A DNA stretch of 64,000 bases from an uncultured delta proteobacterium. Lineage in GTDB: Bacteria; Myxococcota_A; Polyangia; Polyangiales; Polyangiaceae. The DNA lies in contig CAWDXG010000002.1 of NCBI GenBank assembly GCA_963806225.1, positions 18,210 through 82,209 on the forward strand, read 5' to 3'. Positions 57,440 through 64,000 of the stretch are shown in pieces. Position 1 is the stretch's first letter; every line of letters starts with the position of its first letter. The position numbers and the translations under genes were made by a program. The notes under the pieces are model-generated. The model saw only the letters and a program-made list of their open reading frames with translations, was not told the origin of the DNA and did no database searches.

Positions 57440-59341
57440 CTAGCTCCGGCCCACCGCGCGCACGACCTGTTCGATTCCGGACGGATCGTCCAGCGTGGTG
57501 AGGTCGCCGGGATCGCGTCCTTCTGCGATGGCCTGGATCGAGCGGCGCAGCACCTTGCCCGAGCGGGTCTTGGGAAGCTGCCCGACGATCAACACCTGTT
57601 TCGGCCGTGCGATCGCGCCCAGCCGGCTGTCGACCGTGGACAGGATCTCCTTTTCGAGCGCAGCGCGCTTGTCGGGTGTGCCGGCCAGCGAAGCATCCCT
57701 GAGCACGGCGAAGCACAGCGGCATCTGTCCCTTGAGCGGATCGACGATGCCCACAACGGCGCATTCGGCGACCGCCGGGTGCGACGACACCGCCTCCTCG
57801 ATCTCACGCGTACCGAGCCGATGCCCCGCCACGTTGATCACGTCGTCGGTGCGCCCCAGGATGAAGTAGTAGCCGTCCTTGTCGCACACCCCCCAGTCGA
57901 ACGTCGTGTACACCTGCCGGCCGGGGACCGACGTGAAGTAGGTCTCGACGAATCGTTCATCCTGGCCCCACACCGTCGTCATGCAACCGGGCGGAAGTGG
58001 CGGCACGACGCACAGCACTCCCTTTTCGCCACGCGGCACTTCCTCCCCGCTGGCTTCGTGCAGCAACCGCACGTCGTAGCCGTAGGCGGGGAAGCCCGGG
58101 CTGCCCAGGCGCGGCGGCAGCTTCTCGATGCCGGGCATGCTGGTCAAGAGCGGCCAACCCGTCTCCGTCTGCCAGTAGTGATCGTAGACGGGCTTGCCCA
58201 GCGCGTCGGTGATCCAGCGGGCGGTCGGCTCGTCCAGCGGCTCGCCCGCCAGGAACAGGTGCCTGAGGGACGACAGGTCGTACTTCGACAGGTACGCCGG
58301 ATCCTGCTTCTTGAGCACGCGCAGCGCCGTGGGAGCCGAGAACATCACCGTGACGCGTTCGTCCTCGACGATCTTCCACAGGATGCCGGCATCCGGACGG
58401 ATCGGCGTACCCTCGTACACCACCGTCGTCATGCCCTGGAGCAGCGGCCCGTACACGATGTAGGAGTGTCCGACGACCCAGCCGATGTCCGACGTCGCAA
58501 AGTACGTCTCGCCCGGCCGCGCATCGTAGATGAGGTCCATGGACGCGGCCAGCGCCACGGCGTAGCCGCCGGTGTCCCGCTGCACGCCCTTCGGCATGCC
58601 CGTCGTGCCCGAGGTGTACAGGATGTACGACGGGTGGCTCGATTCCACATGGACGCAGGGCACGTCGGCGTCCATGTGGGCTTCGCGCAGCGCGGCGTAG
58701 TCCAGATCGCGACCGGCAACGGTCGACATCCCGGGATCGAGCCCGCGCCCCACGATCACGACTTTCTCCGGCGGATATGCTGCGGCCGCCAGCGCCTTGT
58801 CCACCAGGTGCTTGTAGGGCACGACCTTGCCCGCCCGCATCCCGGCGTCCGCTGTGACCATGACCCGCGGGCGCGCGTCGTCGATGCGCGTCGCCAGCGA
58901 CGCCGAAGCGAACCCTCCGAAGACGACGGAGTGGATCGCGCCGAGGCGCACCGTCGCGAGCATCGCGAACACAGCCTCCGGGATCATCGGCATGTAGATG
59001 AGCACGCGGTCGCCCTTCTCGACTCCCTGGGCCGCCAGCACCGCCGCCATCCGCTGCACCTCGCGATGCAACTCGGCATAGCTGTACGAGCGGTGTTCGC
59101 CGGTCTCGGTCGAGATGTAGACGAGCGCCTTCTGCGCTGCGCGATCGCCGAGGTGCCGATCGACGGCGTTTTCACACAGGTTCAGCTCGCCGCCGACGAA
59201 CCACTTCGCGAACGGGGGCTTCGAGTAGTCCAGCACCGCGTCGAACGGCCGATGCCACTCGATGCGCTCCGCCTGTTCCGACCAGAAGGCGTCCCGCTCC
59301 TCGATCGAGCGGCGGTGCAATTCCTCGTATCGGCTGCTCAT
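57440..59341 (-). CDS. prpE: Propionate--CoA ligase-type acyl-CoA synthetase
   Basis: The sequence is near colinear by eye with E. coli PrpE: RSIEERDAFWSEQAERIEW, PPFAKWF, YTSGTTGMPKGVQRDTGGYAV, DIGWVVGHSYIVYGPLL, GRTDDVINVAGHRLGTREIEE and LPKTRSGKVLRRSIQAIAEGRDPGDLTTLDDP. Confidence 0.9.
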   Translation of the reverse strand: MSSRYEELHRRSIEERDAFWSEQAERIEWHRPFDAVLDYSKPPFAKWFVGGELNLCENAVDRHLGDRAAQKALVYISTETGEHRSYSYAELHREVQRMAAVLAAQGVEKGDRVLIYMPMIPEAVFAMLATVRLGAIHSVVFGGFASASLATRIDDARPRVMVTADAGMRAGKVVPYKHLVDKALAAAAYPPEKVVIVGRGLDPGMSTVAGRDLDYAALREAHMDADVPCVHVESSHPSYILYTSGTTGMPKGVQRDTGGYAVALAASMDLIYDARPGETYFATSDIGWVVGHSYIVYGPLLQGMTTVVYEGTPIRPDAGILWKIVEDERVTVMFSAPTALRVLKKQDPAYLSKYDLSSLRHLFLAGEPLDEPTARWITDALGKPVYDHYWQTETGWPLLTSMPGIEKLPPRLGSPGFPAYGYDVRLLHEASGEEVPRGEKGVLCVVPPLPPGCMTTVWGQDERFVETYFTSVPGRQVYTTFDWGVCDKDGYYFILGRTDDVINVAGHRLGTREIEEAVSSHPAVAECAVVGIVDPLKGQMPLCFAVLRDASLAGTPDKRAALEKEILSTVDSRLGAIARPKQVLIVGQLPKTRSGKVLRRSIQAIAEGRDPGDLTTLDDPSGIEQVVRAVGRS

Positions 59342-59407
59342 GGGCCCTCCTCGACTGGTTCGTGATGCTCCAGTCCAGGTCCGTATGCGCCGCTCTGCTC
59401 CGCCGGG

Positions 59408-59503
59408 CTACAGCACGAACAGCCGGAGCATGATGAACACTGGCAAGCCCACGAAAACGAGCTTCCAGATGACGCTGTAGAAAAGGTCGTCGCCACGCTG
59501 CAT
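59408..59503 (-). CDS. Possible 31-aa single-TM small protein
   Basis: An unlisted ORF encodes MQRGDDLFYSVIWKLVFVGLPVFIMLRLFVL. It fills the fbp-prpE intergenic gap on the same strand. The SD is weak. Confidence 0.35.
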   Translation of the reverse strand: MQRGDDLFYSVIWKLVFVGLPVFIMLRLFVL

Positions 59504-59553
59504 CGCACCGCCAGCCTAGCGCATTTCCAGCATCTTGCGACAGGGCAACACCC

Positions 59554-61482
59554 CTACGCCCCGACGCGGGTACGCGACCCGCCGCCGACCAGCCGCTCGA
59601 GCAGAGCGATGCGGGCCCGGATCACCTCGCCTTGCTCGGTGTCGCCGAGCCGGCGCGGCTCGGCAAACTCCCGGATCACGCTGACCTCCGGCACGATGTC
59701 CACGCCCTCCTCGACCGCTGCCTCGACCGATTCGAAGTGGTGATGCTTGGCCAGGCGCGTTCCCTCCGCGTCGAGCACCAGGGTGAATCCGTGATCGCCG
59801 TAGGCCTCCGAGAAGGCACCGTCGATCGTGATCGCCTTCCCGCTCTTCTTCAGCGGCGACTCGCCGGCATCGATCTTCACCGGCACGTGCCCGTTGACGA
59901 TGAGGCCCTGCTCCGGATCCACTCCGAACTCGCGCAGGATCCGCTCGCAGAAGGCCGCGTCGTGGATCAGGCGGAAATACGGGTTCTTGGTCTCCACGTG
60001 CGCGGCCGGGTCGGCCACCAGATCCCGCTCGAAGGTGGTGATGCGATCCTTGCCGAAGCACGGCGAGCGCGGACCGCACCACAGGTACCAGATCAGATCC
60101 AGGTCCCGCTCCGTCGGCTGTTCGATCGCCCGGTAGACGACCGCCTCGAGCGCCTCGAACAGCGCCCGGCCGCTGCGCGGCTTGCCGTCGACCTCGAACT
60201 CGAGCGGCCGTCCGTCGTCGTCGACCGGAACGCAGCCATGGAAGACGAGATTGCGATCGCGCACGAGCCACAGCGCCCCGAGCTCCACCATCCGGCGCAC
60301 GTGCTCCCATAGCTTCTGGCTGGACAGGAACGACTGGCGGATCCGCGCCATGCACGCGGCTTCCTGTTCCGACAGCCGACTCGGGTCGCGCGGGTCGACG
60401 GTGGGGAAGCGCGTGTCCTCGAGCGGATAGCTCCGTCCGTCGATGCTCACGCTGCCGGCCGCAAGGTCCATCGCGGTGATCAGACGGCGATTGTCCAGAC
60501 CGAAGGCGGGATTACGCTGGATCAACTGCGCCTCGAGCTTGTACTGCATCACCGCCGCGGCCTTCTGCATGCGCCGCATCGTGAGCTGGTCGCGCATGCC
60601 CTCGCCGCGCGGCGCCCAGCGTTCCGCCGGATCGTCGGCGTAGCACTCGCGGACGAGGCGCTCGAGCGGCTGCAGCGTGATGCCGTAGCCTTCTTCCAGC
60701 TGCGAGAAGCGCCGGTAGCGCGACGAGATCCTGAGCACGTGTGCGATCAGCGCCTCGTTCCCCAACGCCGCCCCGATCCAGCCCGCGTCGTGGTTTCCCC
60801 ACGTAAAATGCACGTTCGGCTGGTGCAGCAGGTAGTCGACGACGCGATCGCCGCGCGGTCCCCGATCCCAGCAGTCACCCGCCACGACGAGCTCGTCCAC
60901 GACGAGATCCCGCGCCAGCCGCGCTGCCAGCCGGATCAACAGCTCGGCGCGGCCGCCGGGCATCAGCGCGCCCACCACGGCGCCAAGGTAGTCGTCGCCC
61001 CGCTCGGGCGCGCTGTCGAACAGAAGCTCCTGCAATAGCAGGCCGTAGCTCTCCGGCAGCGCGCGCTGCACGCGATGCACGGTGGCCCGCTGCGCCACCG
61101 CTCTCAGCACCTCCAGCACGTCCGACAGCGCATCCACCAGCCAGCGGCGGCGCTCGGCGGTATCTTCGAGCGCAGGAGCCAGCCGCTCCACCGTTTCATG
61201 CGGGTAGAACACCAGCGCGATCACATGATCGATCCGGCTCTGGTCGTAGCGCGCGCGGAACAGTCCCTCGACCAGCGGGCGGAGCGCGCCCGACGCGTTG
61301 TTGACGACATGCCGGAGCTTCTTGTCCTCGCCGTGCACGTCCGAGACGACGTGCACCGTCGGCTTGGGCAACAGCAGCTGCCCCTCCAGGCGCGCGATCT
61401 CCGCGAAGGCGTCGTCCGCGAGTGGAAAAGCGCGACGCGCGAGCTCGAGCGCGGCGAGGTCCGTTCCGGATCGGGGGCCCAT
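59554..61482 (-). CDS. fbp: Fructose-1,6-bisphosphatase class 3
   Basis: The 642-aa product has the metallophosphoesterase motifs VVSDVHGE, VAGDCWDRGPRGD and TWGNHD. Its length and C-terminal region are typical of class 3 FBPases. Confidence 0.88.
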   Translation of the reverse strand: MGPRSGTDLAALELARRAFPLADDAFAEIARLEGQLLLPKPTVHVVSDVHGEDKKLRHVVNNASGALRPLVEGLFRARYDQSRIDHVIALVFYPHETVERLAPALEDTAERRRWLVDALSDVLEVLRAVAQRATVHRVQRALPESYGLLLQELLFDSAPERGDDYLGAVVGALMPGGRAELLIRLAARLARDLVVDELVVAGDCWDRGPRGDRVVDYLLHQPNVHFTWGNHDAGWIGAALGNEALIAHVLRISSRYRRFSQLEEGYGITLQPLERLVRECYADDPAERWAPRGEGMRDQLTMRRMQKAAAVMQYKLEAQLIQRNPAFGLDNRRLITAMDLAAGSVSIDGRSYPLEDTRFPTVDPRDPSRLSEQEAACMARIRQSFLSSQKLWEHVRRMVELGALWLVRDRNLVFHGCVPVDDDGRPLEFEVDGKPRSGRALFEALEAVVYRAIEQPTERDLDLIWYLWCGPRSPCFGKDRITTFERDLVADPAAHVETKNPYFRLIHDAAFCERILREFGVDPEQGLIVNGHVPVKIDAGESPLKKSGKAITIDGAFSEAYGDHGFTLVLDAEGTRLAKHHHFESVEAAVEEGVDIVPEVSVIREFAEPRRLGDTEQGEVIRARIALLERLVGGGSRTRVGA

Positions 61483-61755
61483 CGACCCATCCTAGCCGTT
61501 CCGCCCCACGGCGCGAGGCGGTTCAGGGCGGACGGTCGTTCGCCGCCGCGCCGGAGTTGGCGGTCAAGCAGGCACCCAGCACCGTGGAAAAGGCCGGGCC
61601 ACGCGGGCATGCAAAGACCGGGCCGAACCGGACTCCCGTGCGAGCCCGGTCATCCGCCGGAACGGAACGGGTGGTGTTCCCGCGAGGGCATGATTATGAG
61701 AACACGCATTGTCCAACGGGAACAGACGAGCCTACCCTGTCCCCACGGAGGAGTC

Positions 61756-62124
61756 ATGACGAGAGCCTGGTACCTATTTGCGCTGAGTGGCGCGTTCCTG
61801 ATCGCGGGTTGCGGCAGCTCGATGCCCGTGCCCGCCACGCAGATGACCACGTCCAAGGCGGACATCCGCGCTGCCGAGGAAGTCGGCGCACCCAACAACC
61901 CGCAGGCAGCCCTGCACCTGAAGATGGCGCGCGACCAGATCACGGACGCCGAGGCGCTGATCAAGGACGGCGAGAACGAGAAGGCATCACTGGTGCTCGA
62001 CCGCGCCGATGCGGACGCACAGCTCGCCATCGAGCTGACCCACGCCGCCAACCTGAAGGCGAAGGCGTCCGATGAGATGAAGAAGGTCCAGGAGCTGAAG
62101 AAGAAGGCGGCTGAAGGCGATTGA
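61756..62124 (+). CDS. DUF4398-like lipoprotein
   Basis: GGAGGAG precedes ATG 61756. The lipobox is FLIAGC. The helical region reads ADIRAAEEVGAP..ALHLKMARDQITDAEALI. Confidence 0.75.
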   Translation: MTRAWYLFALSGAFLIAGCGSSMPVPATQMTTSKADIRAAEEVGAPNNPQAALHLKMARDQITDAEALIKDGENEKASLVLDRADADAQLAIELTHAANLKAKASDEMKKVQELKKKAAEGD

Positions 62125-62141
62125 GCGCGAGGCAATAAGCA

Positions 62142-63137
62142 ATGAAGACCATACGATATTCCAGACAGTTCGGACCTCTCGCCCTCGCCGGCGTGCTGGC
62201 GGGCCTTAGCGCCTGCGGCGCAGCAACGCCTAGCAAGGAGCTCGTCGCGGCCCGCAGCGCGTACGACGCCGCGTCGCAGGGCAAAGCCAACAAGCTCGTA
62301 CCCGACAAGGTGCTGACCGCTAAGCAGGCACTCGACCGCGCCGAGGCGGCGTTCAAGAACGACCCCGGCTCGTTCAAGGAACGGAGCCTCGCCTACGTGG
62401 CCGAGCGCAAGGCCGAGATCGCCGATGCTCTCGCCGAGCAGGCCGAAGCGAAGGCCTCGATGGGCCAGGCCAACGAGAACTACAAGGCCGAGCAGGATAG
62501 GCTCCGCCTGGCCGAGAAGAAGAAGGCCGAGGCGACAGCCAAGGCGCTCGAAGAGAACCAGCGCCACCTCAAGGAAGTCCGCGACAAGCTCGCCCAGCAG
62601 GGCACCAAGCTGGATGCGGCCGGCAAGGCGCTGAAGAAGCAGGAAGCCGAGCTCGCCGCCCGCAAGAAGGAGCTCGAAGCCGAACAGGCGGCGCTCAAGA
62701 CGGAGCACGCCGCTCGCGAGGAGGCCGAGAAGAAGTACAAGGCCGCGATGGCCAGCCTGCAGGAGATGGCCAAGGTCCAGCAAGACCAACGCGGCATGGT
62801 CATCACGCTGAGCGGCGCCGTGCTGTTCACGACCGGCAAGGCGGACCTGCTTCCGATCGCCCAGGACAAGCTCGAGAAGGTCGCCACGGTGCTCCAGGAG
62901 CAGGATCCGAGCAAGAAGATCGTGGTCTACGGCTACACCGACTCGATCGGCACCAAGGCAAACAACCAGAAGCTCAGCCAGGCGCGCGCGGAGACCGTGC
63001 GCAATTTCCTGGTGCAGAAGGGCGTCGACTCGTCCCGCATCTCGGCCGTCGGCAAGGGTGAAGACGACCCGGTCGCGACCAACAAGACGCCGGAAGGCCG
63101 CGCCAACAACCGCCGCGTCGAGATCGTCGTCCACTAG
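62142..63137 (+). CDS. OmpA-family lipoprotein with coiled-coil linker
   Basis: The lipobox is LAGLSAC. A DUF4398-like N-terminus and a long Lys/Glu/Ala coiled coil follow. The C-terminus reads FTTGKADL..VYGYTDSIGTKANNQKLSQARAETV..NRRVEIVV. Confidence 0.92.
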   Translation: MKTIRYSRQFGPLALAGVLAGLSACGAATPSKELVAARSAYDAASQGKANKLVPDKVLTAKQALDRAEAAFKNDPGSFKERSLAYVAERKAEIADALAEQAEAKASMGQANENYKAEQDRLRLAEKKKAEATAKALEENQRHLKEVRDKLAQQGTKLDAAGKALKKQEAELAARKKELEAEQAALKTEHAAREEAEKKYKAAMASLQEMAKVQQDQRGMVITLSGAVLFTTGKADLLPIAQDKLEKVATVLQEQDPSKKIVVYGYTDSIGTKANNQKLSQARAETVRNFLVQKGVDSSRISAVGKGEDDPVATNKTPEGRANNRRVEIVVH

Positions 63138-63173
63138 CGCCGCGATCCCGCAAGCCACAAGAGCCGGAAATCC

Positions 63174-63201
63174 GCCGCGACGCGGCCCCCCGCGTCGCGG
63201 C
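63174..63201. terminator. Hairpin between convergent genes
   Basis: GCCGCGACGCGG-cccc-CCGCGTCGCGGC forms a 12-bp perfect stem. A second imperfect hairpin lies at 63209-63234. Confidence 0.5.
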
Positions 63202-63235
63202 GCTGCGTGAACCGCCGTCGCGGGCGGCGGGTTCG

Positions 63236-64000
63236 CTAGAGGTCGTCCTCGGTGCCCCAGCCGTGTGCGGCGGTCAGGCGTTCCGAGGCGGCGCGAAGCT
63301 CCGCAGCGAGGCGCCCGCGGCGGGCTGACTTCCAGGCAGCGGCGAAATCCCGCGCGGAGCCGAGGCGCTGCTCGGGCCGCTTGGCGAGCGCGAGGGCGAC
63401 TACAGCGTCGATGTCAGCGGGCACCGCACAAAGCTCGCCAGGACGGACGGGCTGCGAGTGCAGCGAGGCGTACAGCGTGGCGGCAGCAGACGGGCCACGG
63501 AAAGCCGGGCGCCCGGTGAGCGCGCGGTACACCACCGCGCCCAGCGAGAACACGTCCGCGCGCCGATCCACGGTCGCGGCCAGGGCCTGCTCCGGGGCCA
63601 TGTACGCCGGCGTGCCGATGGCCGCGCCTTGCGTCAGCGTGCCCGAGCCGCTGGCCATCATCGAGACGCCGAAGTCGAGCACCTTCCAGGCGACGCTTGG
63701 CTCGATGGTGAGGAACAGGTTCTGCGGTTTGATGTCGCGATGTACGACGCCCGCCTCGTGAGCGGCATGCAGCGCGTCGCAGACCTGCTCGACCAGCGCG
63801 TCGATCTCGTCGAGGGGCAACGATTCACGCTGGCGCAGATCCGACGCGAGGTCCAGCCCGTGCAGGAGCTCGAGCACCAGGTAGGGCGCGCCGTCGCTGT
63901 CCGTGCCGGACGCGAACAGCCGGGGAATGTGCGGCGACTCGAGCACGGCGGTGATCTCTGCTTCGCGGAAGAAGCGCGCGACCTGGCCTTCCGACTCGGC
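63236..64000 (-). CDS. Ser/Thr protein kinase (5' end outside the window)
   Basis: The frame is open to the window edge (..AESEGQVARFFREAEITAVLESPHIP). Motifs HRDIKPQN, DFG and APEQ are present. The stop is at 63236. Confidence 0.9.
   Translation of the reverse strand, partial: AESEGQVARFFREAEITAVLESPHIPRLFASGTDSDGAPYLVLELLHGLDLASDLRQRESLPLDEIDALVEQVCDALHAAHEAGVVHRDIKPQNLFLTIEPSVAWKVLDFGVSMMASGSGTLTQGAAIGTPAYMAPEQALAATVDRRADVFSLGAVVYRALTGRPAFRGPSAAATLYASLHSQPVRPGELCAVPADIDAVVALALAKRPEQRLGSARDFAAAWKSARRGRLAAELRAASERLTAAHGWGTEDDL

Overview
This is a 64-kb, very GC-rich chromosomal segment (about 70 percent by eye, not computed). Its content points to Myxococcota: a MYXO-CTERM-tailed Cys-rich surface protein, four eukaryote-like Ser/Thr kinase genes, many lipoproteins with Gly/Thr- or Asp/Ser-rich linkers, and several -24/-12 (sigma54-type) promoters. 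I call 55 protein-coding loci. Four carry frameshifts and one lacks a plausible stop codon. Genes are tightly packed and often translationally coupled through ATGA, GTGA or TGATG overlaps. Genes recognised with confidence are htpG, a CspA-family gene, pdxH, queG, a PrpE-type acyl-CoA synthetase and a class 3 fructose-1,6-bisphosphatase. Also recognised are an MCP, a hybrid histidine kinase, an ABC/GldG/DUF4340 operon, an L,D-transpeptidase, GH5 and pectin-acetylesterase-family lipoproteins, a beta-CASP MBL hydrolase and a DUF4398/OmpA pair. I recognised no rRNA, tRNA, CRISPR array, transposase, integrase or phage gene. I could not identify a clear-cut new multi-gene system. The observations most worth follow-up are: (1) five sigma54-type promoters, three of which abut ATG codons that have no Shine-Dalgarno sequence (possible leaderless mRNAs); (2) a small nuclease / divergent-RtcB islet preceded by two tandem 73-bp nested palindromes; (3) a ~127-bp direct repeat that duplicates the 5' end of a nuclease-like gene and brackets a two-gene cassette; (4) an unusual load of reading-frame disruptions, which are either real gene decay or assembly indels; (5) three alkaline-phosphatase-superfamily paralogs in which the sulfatase C/S-x-P-x-R motif is replaced by S-x-T-x-K/R. 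The long ORFs listed opposite nearly every real gene are GC-rich shadow ORFs and were discarded. All homology statements are by-eye motif recognition, not searches.
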